A stretch of DNA of 57,649 bases, counting the filler, from Squatina squatina (taxonomy: Eukaryota): NCBI GenBank assembly GCA_031763465.1. It is 3 parts of 3 records of this genome, joined end to end, with 100 filler letters (N's around TTAATTAATTAA, not from the genome) between each part and the next. Parts side by side here need not be neighbours in the genome. Positions count along the whole stretch, not along the records: positions 20,503 to 41,303 come from JARFOE010000004.1; positions 41,404 to 57,649 come from JARFOE010000057.1; 1 more part is not named here. The stretch is one strand, 5' to 3'. The translations under genes were made by a program, and so were the position numbers. The notes below the pieces were generated by a model. That model was given only the letters and a program-made list of their open reading frames with translations, was not told where the DNA came from and made no database searches. Position 1 is the stretch's first letter; every line of letters starts with the position of its first letter. Below are positions 35,320 to 48,004 of this stretch, in pieces.

Positions 35320-36800
35320 NNNNNNNNNNNNNNNNNNNNNNNNNNNNNNNNNNNNNNNNNNNNNNNNNNNNNNNNNNNNNNNNNNNNNNNNNNNNNNNNN
35401 NNNNNNNNNNNNNNNNNNNAATTAACACACAGGTTTTGTATTTTATTATCATAGGTGGTTTTCTGAAAGATTATGGAGCTCTTGAGATGAATAGAGACAC
35501 TCCTGAATGTATGGGGAGTTGCAAATTGCCCATGACAGTAATCTAAGCTATGAGAGTTGAAATAATCTCGAGTGAGAAAAGGTATGAATTTATAAGGTAC
35601 ACCGAAACATTTCAATTCAGCCACAAGTCTCTGGCCTTTTATCTTCATCACGTCAACCGAAAACGAAGTAAAAGTTAGCGAATTCTGTTAAAAGGACAGT
35701 TGACTTCTTGCATACTGAAATCGTGGCATAAAGACATCTTCAGCCTTAGGTAGGGGTTTAAAATCTTAATTTTAGATCCGCTTAACTTGCACGGGAAGAA
35801 TAAGTACAGCCCATGCTTGTTTACTTCAACAGATGTGAAATGTTGTATTAATTATAGTGCTTAAAATGTAAGTAGGTCATGTGGCGGGATCCACAAATAA
35901 CCTCAATTTTGACAAAAGCTTAATAAATGACTAGCAACCACCAAAGTGTGCTGCTGTTTCTGTTTTTCTCATATGACTGCTGTATTTAGTTCAAAATAAA
36001 AAAAACAACCTTTTAAAATGTTTAAAAACATACTTACCTNNNNNNNNNNNNNNNNNNNNNNNNNNNNNNNNNNNNNNNNNNNNNNNNNNNNNNNNNNNNN
36101 NNNNNNNNNNNNNNNNNNNNNNNNNNNNNNNNNNNNNNNAACCTTTTTAACAGTCATTCACGATGGATTTACCTCCTATATCTTTACGTTAGGCTAGAAT
36201 GAGGATGTATTTCCCGTATATTTGATACTCTTTCTCGATTCTTACCATATTGAATACCTTTGGTAGGTTACAGCAATTCCCTTCATCCAAAATACAGTAA
36301 TAATAGTCTGTGAAGCCAAAATAAATAATGTTTAATATAATTAATAAGCAACATCAAAACTGTCTTTAAAATTACTTGAGGAACACCGCAGGGAGCCGTA
36401 CAGTACCAAAGTTTCAGAAGGGTTAAATTAAGAAAGATTCCCTTATACCCAGGAGTTTGCGAGAACTTCTGATTTATTCCACTGTTTGCCTATAATTAAG
36501 TTGGCTCTATATACAGGCATTCATGCTGGTTTGAATGTAATGTTGAACCTTCTCTAGCCAGGAGCATTTTGATGTGTTGAATGGAGCTCCCTGGTGGGAC
36601 ATTGGCCCAGGCTGCTGTGGCTCTGGACGTCTGTTGTTCTTCAACATTCATGGCTGATTATCGGGCAACCTGTTAAATCAAAAAGAACATTATGCCAAAA
36701 NNNNNNNNNNNNNNNNNNNNNNNNNNNNNNNNNNNNNNNNNNNNNNNNNNNNNNNNNNNNNNNNNNNNNNNNNNNNNNNNNNNNNNNNNNNNNNNNNNNN

Positions 36801-36940
36801 TGTTACTTGATGGTGATGACAGTTCAACGACACGCGCAAAAGAGCTCAAGCTGGTGCAGGATCTCTTATCAAACTATATTTTGTGCAAACCCGATCATCT
36901 TTCGTTGGTCCTTGCAAAATATTGTTTTGCCGCCAGTTAA
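36801..36940 (+). CDS. Possible unidentified terminal coding exon
   Basis: Protein-like open frame LLDGDDSSTTRAKELKLVQDLLSNYILCKPDHLSLVLAKYCFAAS* from the gap edge, with AATAAA at about 37002. No family recognised. Confidence 0.25.
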
Positions 36941-39569
36941 AAGTCTGTGACAGCAAGCCCTGGAATGTTTTGATTATCCCCAGTCCACAACATTGTCCTG
37001 GAATAAAGCTGAAACCATGTAATTAATGTGTCCTTTTATAAGACACAATACAGTCGTTCAAGCTATTTAATTTCATTTAATTTTCCATCCCATTTGCTTC
37101 GAACACTGCTTTTACTTTTAACACCCCGGCTTTCATTCTGGCTCCTGCTCCAGTGGACACATTAGATTGGTTTCACCCTTGCTTTTTATTTTTTTTTTCA
37201 CGGGGAAATATAAAAGAAAACGTGTTTCTTCGCTCTCCTCCGGCCAATTTATTTCACTTGGAATAGTGCATCTTTGAGCCAGAGTGGAAAAAATTGCCGG
37301 GCTGGTGTGAATGATTTCAGAACAGGGCCTTTTATTTTTTGTGGCTGGGAACCAGTCACAATTGGCGTACATTAATAAATAACTTTCCTCCCAGTCAGAA
37401 TTTACATGGTCCTATTGATAAAATTGTTCGCGTGTCGTTCACGCTTTGAGATCATTAAATAAAGTATGGAAATGCTCCACAAATGGAGCAGTGGGGTACC
37501 TTGCAGTCCAAAGCCATCTACCTCTGCTTGTCCAATTTAACTTGGTGTCATCCTAAAGTCGCCAGGCCAGAGGTTACAGGGACATGTTCATGGCTTAAAT
37601 TTATTGGCCCTAACTTCTTGTTTCGTTTTTCCGCCATTGAGAGAAATACCAATGAAGAATTATCAAAGAAGTCAGATCCGACTCTTTTTAAAATCCCTGC
37701 TCCACGTACTCAATCATTCGATATTTTAAATAAACCATTATTTAACAATGAATACAAAAGGAATTTGTCCCCAAAATTGTATTGATATAGCTATATGCAA
37801 TCGTATATGGTTCCCATTAAATTTTAATTTGATTTTCCAGATTGGCGAAATCCTTAGAAGGATAGACGTCATACCCTTCTGTATCATATGTATTGGTGTA
37901 TTGTTGATAATTGAACATATATGAAACAAAAAAGAAATCTATCCTGATAACCAAGTGCCTATTGTTTCTGTCAAATTCATATCCCCCTTACGATCCAACG
38001 ACAAGTAAGAAGATGATAGCTGTCGACAAAACCCAAAGCCTTTGTAAAATAACATATCGGAAGAATTGACGGTTTTTTTCAGCAGAGTGGATGGGCTGTA
38101 TGTGGTCTCCACCAATTTCACAATGCGTCTGAAGAATCACTAACCGTTCTGGTATCACTTCACAATAAAACGCATGTACCTAAACATTAAAAATATAAAA
38201 TATGACTATTAATATTTAAAATTATCAACCTTTTTTGCACTTCAGTTGTATGATAAAGAACTGGGCATTTGGCACAGATCATTTATACTTCCTCCAAATG
38301 TATGACATAAAACCATTTTCCCATTTAGTTATTTGATATAATACATTTAAAGTTGCTCTACAGCTGGCGTGCTACGTGCATGAGGTATAGTAAATCAAAA
38401 GGATCATTGCCAACACCTCTCAGTGCTGTTGAATTGCAATCCGTTGTAAAGTTATTCTTACATTTTAATATCTTTTCTCACTAATGGACCTTTGACAGGA
38501 TATTAAATGCTAGCCTTCAAAGAATAAAAAAAGCTTACCTGATTTACATAAAATGCACCAAACACTGCCTTAATTTTTAAAATCGAGTGTTTGAAGTACA
38601 GCAGAGGTTAGCAAAACACTCTACAACGCATTTTCATGTTCATTGGTGCAAATAAAAATATGATCACGTTTCTTAGTATGACATAAATAACGTTATAAAC
38701 GGCTTTAACTTCGATAGAAGGTTGAACTACTGAACGATTTATTTCACTTTAGTAAACATTTAGCTCATTATTACCCCCCGAGGGGGCAAAGGACGAGAAT
38801 CTTTCCATTGACCTCAAATTATCTTTCTTAACCTTCAAGTGGAAAACAGATGCTGAATTATTCAGTGCGTTTAATTTCACCTGTAAACGGTTAGATTCAA
38901 AACCATTCATAATCCAAAAGATATGTAATAAGAACAATAGCTAATAAACGTTGTGGCGATCATGCTGAGGAAGAAAATCTTTTTAAAAAAAATAGTTGTT
39001 CAAAGGGATAAGGCATCAACTAAAGCTTTCGAATTCTGAAGCAGTTATATTACTACGAAGGGTGGTTGAAATCCGAGATATTGCATTTGTTCCTCTAGGA
39101 AAAGCTAGGACATGGAAAGCTGAATCGCTGTTTGTTTTAAGAACATGGGTCAGTCTGAACTTCCCAATCGTCGTCCCAAATAATCTCTGAAATAGCCTAA
39201 TATTGGCAAAGGTTGTATGGAATCGCTGGGTTAAAGTCATTCGCTCAACTGTATGGACCAGCAGTTTAACGGAAGAGCTGGACAAATGTAGATGGTGGTT
39301 ATGTTGAGAGGGTAGCTACTTTTCTGGTGNNNNNNNNNNNNNNNNNNNNNNNNNNNNNNNNNNNNNNNNNNNNNNNNNNNNNNNNNNNNNNNNNNNNNNN
39401 NNNNNNNNNNNNNNNNNNNNNNNNNNNNNNNNNNNNNNNNNNNNNNNNNNNNNNNNNNNNNNNNNNNNNNNNNNNNNNNNNNNNNNNNNNNNNNNNNNNN
39501 NNNNNNNNNNNNNNNNNNNNNNNNNNNNNNNNNNNNNNNNNNNNNNNNNNNNNNNNNNNNNNNNNNNNN

Positions 39570-39955
39570 ATGTCCTTGGAGCTCTGTGGTTTGTTGGAAC
39601 TCTTCGGGCCTCCAGATCTCCTTGTGGCACTGGACAGTAAGGTTTCAATAGCTGAAACCAAATCATTGTTACATCCTTTCAGCACCAGCTCCAACACAGA
39701 CTGTTTGTGGTTCGGAAATACCCTGGCTAGAACCTCTATGGGAGGCCTTTTGGATTGCCCTGCAGGAGCCACGTCCTTCAGCACATCTTCGGACTTAAAG
39801 AGCTTCTTGATGTCGTTGAAATTATATCTGGTGGCACCTTTAATCTGTTCCTTGTTTTCCTTCTTCCGCTCTTTGTCATTGCTTGGTTCCGGGAGGGGCG
39901 ATAGTGCATCGCTATTTTGGGTATCTATGGATGAAACGGGCTCTTCCACGTCACT
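39570..39955 (-). CDS. DMRT-family protein exon with DMA domain (DMRT3/DMRTA-like, divergent); DM-domain exon not present
   Basis: [41 protein letters not shown] matches the DMA domain (cf. DMRT3 [39 protein letters not shown]). The frame is open into the 240-N gap. The 5' boundary is uncertain. Confidence 0.85.
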
Positions 39956-39983
39956 TTGCAGGCGGAGACCAGTCTGTGCCCAT

Positions 39984-40002
39984 CTCTCTCTCTCTCTCTC
40001 TC
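39984..40002 (+). repeat. (CT)n microsatellite in the PRDM13 5' region
   Basis: TCTCTCTCTCTCTCTCTC seen directly. Confidence 0.8.
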
Positions 40003-40077
40003 ATCTGTCTCATCTCGCTGTCAATCCATCCCTCTTCCTTTGCTCCTTCTCTCCCCCCCTCCTGCATCCCCGGAGCC

Positions 40078-40218
40078 ATGCAAACCCCCCGGAGCTCGGC
40101 GATCACCGTGACCGCGGAAAGCATCATCCCGGCCGGACTGCGCCTGGGTCCCGTGCAGGGCGTTTTTAGGCTCGGAAAATATATATCCGATCGCAAGGAG
40201 CATTGCAGCAAGAAAAAG
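40078..40218 (+). CDS. PRDM13: PR/SET domain 13, coding part of exon 1
   Basis: gccATG; MQTPRSSAITVTAESIIPAGLRLGPVQGVFRLGKYISDRKEHCSKKK|gtaacc matches PRDM13 IPAGLRLGPVPGTFKLGKYLSDRREPGPKKK. Head-to-head with CCNC as in human. Confidence 0.93.
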
Positions 40219-41303
40219 GTAACCGATTTCGTTGCATTGGCATAAATATTTGAAATGCAATTTCCCTTTTGCTTTANNNNNNNNNNNNNNNNNNNNNNNN
40301 NNNNNNNNNNNNNNNNNNNNNNNNNNNNNNNNNNNNNNNNNNNNNNNNNNNNNNNNNNATAATCAGAGTTTATTTTTCTCCCACAAAACCAGGCAAAACA
40401 ACATAAAATAAATATATTAAAAAGTTACCAGTCAAAAAAAAATCCATGACCTTTGTGCTCAGCAGGTACTGTTTTAGGTTGTCTAATGCCATGGATCTGA
40501 ATTCATCGCTTGCTCGCTAATTGTTAGTTAATTGTATTTTCCTGCAAATTACCATACTGTGTTAACTTCTGTTAAAGTTATTGACAGACCGCTTTAATTG
40601 AATCTAATTTCTGCTCTCGTGTGCTGCTAAAGGGTTCAATTTAAGGTCTACAATTAACCGTGCGGTCAGACTTCAATTAATTTATTTTACTCTTGTCGGG
40701 ATCCATAACCGAGATCGAAAATGCTTATTGTAAGTGATTTATTATTCATCTTCGTGGCTGGAATTGTAGCAGCTACTTGGCAGTGTCACCCATGCCCCTG
40801 ATGATCCAGGTATCCGTTTTTTTTAAACCTTGATTAAAATAATCCAATGATAACTAATTGGATCATTTCAGTTTACACATTAGGCAATTTAGAAGAACAG
40901 TTTTTAATAACTAGACACTGGTTGCTCCATAAAGCCATATTTAGTTATCAGTGGCTGAACTACATAGCGCAGCACAGTCAATCGCAATTGATGCAGCTCA
41001 GTTACTGATAAGACTGTATACATATATACGAGTAATATACACCGCATCATACAGAGGAAGAGTTATTGAAGCTTGATGTTTCCATTATCTAATGCCACAT
41101 ATTGTCACGGGCTTCCTGAACCAGGTGCAGATGCCGTGTCGTACGTCATGGTCAGATTTTTAATTTGTTAAATCCATTTTAAACGGTCTGACAAACTATG
41201 TTATTTATTTCTCGTCTGTTTCGATTTTATTTCTTGCCGAAGAACCGTCCTGCCTAATTATGGCTAACTTTTCCCCAGCGACTCGAAATGACCGCATTTA
41301 CTC

Positions 41304-41403
41304 NNNNNNNNNNNNNNNNNNNNNNNNNNNNNNNNNNNNNNNNNNNNTTAATTAATTAANNNNNNNNNNNNNNNNNNNNNNNNNNNNNNNNNNNNNNNNN
41401 NNN
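41304..41403. other. Artificial scaffold-joining linker
   Basis: 44 N + TTAATTAATTAA (41348-41359) + 44 N. Confidence 0.95.
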
Positions 41404-41965
41404 CAACTAACTCAGGACATTCTGGAGTTCGAACCCAAGAACCTGCCTGATCCACATAGCTCAGAGTCACACGTGAAACATTTTCCAACTGGACTATGGT
41501 AACTTGGAGATCATTATTTTAAATTGTTTCATGTTTTAATACAGACTTAAATTCATTGTACAGTGATGCACCAGTTGGATAAACTGATAAGATCATATAT
41601 TATGCTTCATTTTGTTCCTAAATATAACCTAAAAATGATGATACATTGTTCAGATCACTACTTAAGGTGTATAATTCAATTGTCCCATGAAGGTAGTCCT
41701 CTATTTATGGAGTGTACTTATACCTTGTCTCAGGTTCTGTAACTTAAATAAAAGGACATTTTTTAATTAAGAAAGGGAAATAAATTCTCAATGGAATCAG
41801 TACTTGCACAGCTTCTCCCAGGGCTCGAGAATTTTCCTTTACATTCTTAGGCACAGAACTGCACGTGCTTGGCATCAAATGGCAGATGAATATACTTTCC
41901 AGATTTCTCTTTTTAGTTTTGTTTTATAAGATACATTCCAATAAAAAGATATGAATTGTACTCAC

Positions 41966-42023
41966 CATCAAATTCTGCTTGTCCAACTCCAACAATGATA
42001 ATTGACATAGGAAGCTTAGCAGC
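41966..42023 (-). CDS. CPNE5: Copine-5 exon (VWA domain)
   Basis: atgtag|GCT GCT AAG...TTT GAT G|gtgagt; AAKLPMSIIIVGVGQAEFD. AAK and GQAEF fit CPNE5 rather than CPNE8 (ASK/GPAEF). Confidence 0.88.
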
Positions 42024-43067
42024 CTACATAATGAGAAAAATAAGATAACAAATTTAGGATTTGAATAGTGGAGATAATCTAGGGTAAAGTTCCGAGGATT
42101 GATTGATTGTTTTTGGTGGGTACCCAAGATGAGTGCAGGGCACACTAACCAATAGGGCATGCAATGCATACTCGCCGCTGAATGAGCGCGTGAATGCCAT
42201 ATTGGACTCTTTAGCGCCTGATTTCACCTGAAAATCGTGTGCTCTGTGTTCCAATTTCTAGTCCCATGAATCAAATCTGGAACCTTTTGGTTTTTTATGG
42301 CTCTGTACCACAGTTGTAGTGCATTTACCATCACAGACTTTGGCTTTATTATAAAACAGCATGTACTGAAGAAATCAATAGAAAGTGGCAAGATTTCAAT
42401 TTAGTTAAAGTACAAAGGCCCAGTCAGGCCCAAATTATACAAGACAACTGCTTTTATCACACCAGTATGTGCATACTAATTAAATTGTTGGCTGTTAATC
42501 AAAAAAATTAGACTTATAATGTTAGCCATTAAAATGCCATGTACAGCCACTGTGCAATTCAAATCAATTTTCAAACTGTCTAAAGGTTAAGTATTCCAGA
42601 TAAACTACATTAACTGAGATTATAATTTAAACAGAAATAATTAAAAATAGACGGACCTAATTTCTAATAAAACGTTCAATAAATGTGCCACTTTGGGTAT
42701 TGTTTCTGACAGTAGACACAGGCAGTTGGACTCCAATTTTTTTTGAGGACTAACCTTGTTCCAGTTTACTTTATTTAAAATGTGATAGTGCAAAATTGTA
42801 TAGGAAGTTCTTGAACCTTTCACGTTGTCTTGCATGTACCATGTGACTGTACTAAGAAAGCTGATAAAGTATTCGATATATATAGGAAGTCCCTGTCCTC
42901 AAGAATATGATTAAAAAACAATCCTGACAACGGCTTGGTTTTAAAAACACAAGTGCTGCATAAATCAATGCTGCCCTGTTATCACAGACCGGGATAAAAT
43001 TTCCAATTTGCAAAGTTGAACCCATTCCTAATCGATGCTTATGTGTATTTATTATTCCTACAGTATA

Positions 43068-43334
43068 GAAGGAATCATAGATTCATGGAAGGATTACAGC
43101 ACAGGTGGAGGCCATTCGGCCCGTCAAGCCGGTGCCGGATCTCTGGAAGAGCATTTCAGTTAGTTCCTCTGCCCCACCGTTTTCCCGTAGCCCTGCAAAT
43201 CCTTTTCCTTCAAGTACTTATCCAATTCCCTTTTGAAAGCCATGATTCAATCCGCCTCCACCACCCTTTCAGGCAGTGCATTCCAGATCCTAGCGACTCG
43301 ATTCATAAAAAGGTTTTTGCTAATGTCGCCTTTG
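43068..43334 (-). mobile_element. CR1 LINE 3' end
   Basis: Minus frame KGDISKNLFMNRVARIWNALPERVVEAD (CR1 ORF2 C-terminus) plus the GGAGGCCATTCGGCCC tail and GAATCATAGATTCAT terminal repeat. Confidence 0.85.
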
Positions 43335-43744
43335 NNNNNNNNNNNNNNNNNNNNNNNNNNNNNNNNNNNNNNNNNNNNNNNNNNNNNNNNNNNNNNNNNN
43401 NNNNNNNNNNNNNNNNNNNNNNNNNNNNNNNNNNAAACAAATGTTAGGCTTCCTATGTGCACAAGCAAAGTGTCTAATGCTGGTTTCATGCACAGGCCTT
43501 GACACAATACTGGCCTTTACCAATAGGGCGAGCAGTGCGCTTTCAGCATGGAATGCCACGCGCACGCCACCAGCCATATTAAATATTTAACACACCTGTT
43601 TAGCGCCTGTACAGCACCAATAAATTTCTCGGCCTAACATTCCACTGCCAGATCCTGCCATTTACACTATTAAACCCAGCTTCTTTATCATAGCAACAAA
43701 ATGGCAGATCTATGAGAAACTGGGTCTATGATGCGACTTTTTTT

Positions 43745-43975
43745 CTATTCATTCTCTGAATGTGGGCATAGCTGGCAAGTCCGGCATTTATTGCCCATCC
43801 CTAGTTGCCCCGCAGAGGGTGGTGATGGGACTTCTCGAACGGCTGCTGTCCGTGTGGTGAAGATGTTCCCACAGTGCTGTTAGGTGGGGAGTTCTGGAAT
43901 TTAGGCCCAGCAAAAATGAAGGAAGGTCGATATATGCCCAGATCAGGATGGTGTATGACTTGGAGGAACTTGGAT
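43745..43975 (-). mobile_element. Non-LTR LINE 3' end fragment
   Basis: Minus frame ...HHPDLGIYRPSFIFAGPKFQNSPPNSTVG...HHHPLRGN*; homologous to 48005-48405. Confidence 0.75.
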
Positions 43976-46900
43976 AGCTCCAACAATTCACATAAAAGCA
44001 GCTGTTACAGAGCAGACGTTTGAGTATTTGTATGGAAGCTCCTCAGAAAAGGTGATTTGCAGATTTTAGTCTCTTGCCAGTAAATCATTTTTGAGGTGTC
44101 AGGTTACATCAACATCAAGGTTTACCAACTTCGTGCTTGAGAGGAGGTATCTCAAAGTGCCAAAATGATGCCCCTAACAGTTAGGACAGTAGTGGAGGTG
44201 TGGAAATAGCTTTGCGATATAAATAAGTCATCAAGGTAAGAGATTCCAAAGCAAAAGGTATCCTGCAATGTGTAATATCATGGATAGAGATTACGAGCTG
44301 TTGCTATAACCACAGGTATCAAATATTATGCCTTAGAGGGTGAAAAAAAAATCAAGTGAAGCTGTCATCTCAAAGTCTTATCATATAAAGAGATGGGTTC
44401 AGCATGAATGAATGACTGAACATAATCTACAAAAATCTGCAGGAACAGCTGAGCACTTTATGCGCATTACAGAGCACAATNNNNNNNNNNNNNNNNNNNN
44501 NNNNNNNNNNNNNNNNNNNNNNNNNNNNNNNNNNNNNNNNNNNNNNNNNNNNNNNNNNNNNNNNNNNNNNNNNNNNNNNNTTTTTTTCTGAATTCACTAC
44601 TTTGGAATCAATCTGTTGAGAATAGGACAAGTATATGTCTAAGCGTAGCAGAGTAAAACAAATAAAATTGCTCTGAAACATATTGAAAAATATCCTGATC
44701 CTGAATTGAAAAGTAATATAAAAAGAAATTGAATTAAGTTAAGATTTCATTGTTCTACTGTTGAAAAAGAACTGCAACAATGACATGAGAAGCAATTACT
44801 GTTACGGGTTTTACAAACTGAATTAAACTAAAAATCATTAGCTCTAATGATTAATGAATGTAACATCAAATGCCCAGTTGAACAAGCTAGGAGTGATTAT
44901 ATGAATACAGTACTGGATTCAATTGCATATCATCACTTTACATATCAGATGAAAGGCATGTATACTTTTGATATTAAAATCATGGAACAGCTAGACTATT
45001 TCCTTTTAAGATTGATAAAATAATAGAAAGTTAGCTGGAAACATACAGGTGCGTCAATTGGTCTGACTTCACACCCGCGTAGCGCCAAATCAGGTGTGAA
45101 GNNNNNNNNNNNNNNNNNNNNNNNNNNNNNNNNNNNNNNNNNNNNNNNNNNNNNNNNNNNNNNNNNNNNNNNNNNNNNNNNNNNNNNNNNNNNNNNNNNN
45201 NATTTTGACTTTTTAAAATCTTTTAAAATGTATAAAACTATACTTACCTTAATGGGCATGGTTTTTAACCAATGTTCCAGTAATTTTGTTTATTTTTATA
45301 TTTTTAAAAACTCTTATGCTGGCAAAAGAAATTAAAGAGCTTTCTATGGGCAACAGTATAGCCCAACTCTCCGCTCAGGAAAGCTCTTTTGCAGGCCAGG
45401 CGTATGATCTATCAAGACAAATCTTGGCAGATCACAAGTTCTGGATTTAGGGGCATGCGCAGTGCAGCCCTAAACCCAGAACTTGCGGGGTCCCTATGGG
45501 TGCGTGTGAACATCGTATGCACCCGGAGGGACTGCAAATTCTGCTCCATAATTTATATTTTTGAGTAAATTGAAGTAGGTGCTGGTCGCAATTTTTTTTT
45601 TAAATTGAAAAGGCAATGCTGTGGTACTTTGGGATGGCAGTCCCAATGATCCATGGTGTGACAAGACACAAATCTACTCCTATAATTTCAATCACGTTGT
45701 GCTGATGATTTATTCAGACAGCCATGGAGTTGACAAGAGAAGTCTCTGAAGTTTCCAAAAGAAGAAAAGGGAAATAAAATGATCGGTCAGCTTGGAGTGT
45801 GTTTCCTAGAGGCTGGTTATAAAGCAACCAAGGCAAATATCTGCAACCAACTTTTCAATACAAGCAAAGGCTTGGGGGCAGGGCACCTTTCTGTTCCCTC
45901 GACCAGGGAACAGTGCATGATGGAAGGGAAAGAAGAAAGGTTAGGAAAACAAGTTGAAAACTTGATGAAGATTGATGCAGGGGCTGGAGAACCAGAATAA
46001 GTTGAATATAATGGGTTGACTGAGTCTAAGCTTTTGTCACGAGACTGATCTGGAAAAGAAACTGCAATAGCAGCTCATCTATTCAGAAAGAGCACATGAC
46101 ATTTAACAGTTTCTTGAATAATTTTGAGGCTTATTTCCTCCACTACCTTAGTCAGAATCCACTCCAGGTGTTGCTGCTCCTTGGATGCAGCTGGGCTTCT
46201 GAAGCATGGGATTTCATGTAGCAATGGAAAGCCAATATAAATCTGCCCGGACTTGCCAGGCATGCTGCTAAAAATTAGTCTTCTCAGCAGCTTTTCATTT
46301 GGCTTGCCGCTAGCTGCATGAGAGCCACAACTGGAGAATCTGGTGGCACCAATGCGGCTCTCATGTAGAGTGCCATCCTGACATCAGTACTAAACTTAAG
46401 CTTGAATCTGCGGCCTCTGGTGCCAGTGTCACATTTATTTTTGAGAGCAATTTCCATCCAACCACTGAATGCTCCTGATACAAAAAATAAGAACCCTAAG
46501 GGAATAGCAGACTCGTAACAAAACTGTAGTTTAAAATTATGGAAAGTTATAATTGCTATGTAATGAGGTAGAAAATTTGGACAATAAAAGCTATTCATAT
46601 CTGCTCTGGAGGTTGGTTTCTTCAACTATTTTGAGTGGAAGATTGGTCTGGAACATTGCAGGCACTTCTGACAACAATATTTTTTCTTAAAAATCACACA
46701 TGCCACCGGGCGAACATTCCAAACATAGTTATTAAGAGAGTCACGGCGATTTGATTACTTAAATAATCTCTTGGTACCGTGTTACTCCATAGGTTTTCCT
46801 GCAGGCGATTATAGTGATTCCATTTCATACATCGCCTTTCAGGCAGCCTGCTGCTTTAATGGTGCCTTTGTAACACTTAGTTATGCAAAGTATTGGTCTG

Positions 46901-48004
46901 GTTAGCTCTCTTTCATTACAGTTCATCAACTGTTCAGTGCAAACATTCTGAAATAAAACATTCTAGTTTAAAAACTCATCTCCAGCTTATTGGTATAGTG
47001 CCAGTTTTATGTCTTAAACCCACAAAAGAATCAGTGCTAATATAAACTGTAAATAGTACCATGCCTCCAGGCTCTCTTTGCAAGAAATTACCCTCAGGAT
47101 GCAAAGTTTAAGAGTCAGTAAGCAAGGTAGAACAGTTAGCATTATGTAAATAGTTTGGCAATGTCCGCTATAAGCTGGACGGCCTGCTTCCCCCAATGTG
47201 TGGCCCGTTCATATTTTTGTGCATGTGAGCTACCTAAATGGAAATGCTGGTGAGCGACTGGCGCAGGACCTTACAGATCACTGTGCGGCCAAACATTGGT
47301 GTTAGGCTGGATTGGATTGGATTAACTCACACTTTGGACACACAGAGATCGGAGAACCAGCAGTTCGGAGTAGGCTGGTATGGGAGTAAAATGTTAGTTG
47401 CTGTATGAGCACTAGAATGTCTGGTGAACATGAGGGCAGTGTAAAGGAAGGAAAAGCCTCTCTGTAATAAATATCTAGGGAGATAAGGAAATGATGTTCT
47501 GAAGGACAACTGTGGTCGCTCATGTGGGTGAATTGTCCGGAAAACAATAAACAGATATTAACACTAAAGAGCATGCGCGAGAGGGGGAAGTGGTCTATGT
47601 GATTATTGATGCACTTGCATGTTAGCTCGGCGTACTTATGCATTAACCACACGCATTAGGATCGCTCTTGTGGACTAACCTTATGCTTACCTTGCATAAT
47701 TAACCATTTAAAAGTGCAGCTCACTGATACATTTTAGGAACTCTACTTAGTCCTGCACAAGGCTGCCATGAGCAGTCAGAGGAGTCAGTTTGCGAATCCC
47801 CGACAAGCAAAAACATTTACTTTGATTTCATGAACACGGGATGTGATGAGTTGTATTAGTATGTTTACTAATAAAGGTTATTAATTAGACATCTCTATGT
47901 CTTGAGACCACATGCCTGCATTACAAATAAAGGACAAGGTTTATCCTAAACTGAACACAAAGTGGATCTTTTAACAATTGCAGATTCAATCTCACTTTTT
48001 TAAA

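Noticed and set aside
36496-36680. Minus-strand acceptor-like site followed by a short ATG ORF (MNVEEQQTSRATAAWANV...)
   Set aside because: Under 60 codons, no recognisable homology and no partner exon.
39016-39285. 89-aa minus ORF downstream of the DMRT gap as the DMRT C-terminus
   Set aside because: A stop codon lies between it and the gap edge in that frame, and it has no DMRT-like features. The true frame after the 240-N gap is unresolved.
19058-42023. TUBGCP2-CCNC or PRDM13-CPNE5 adjacency as novel synteny or gene fusion
   Set aside because: Both adjacencies cross artificial linkers.
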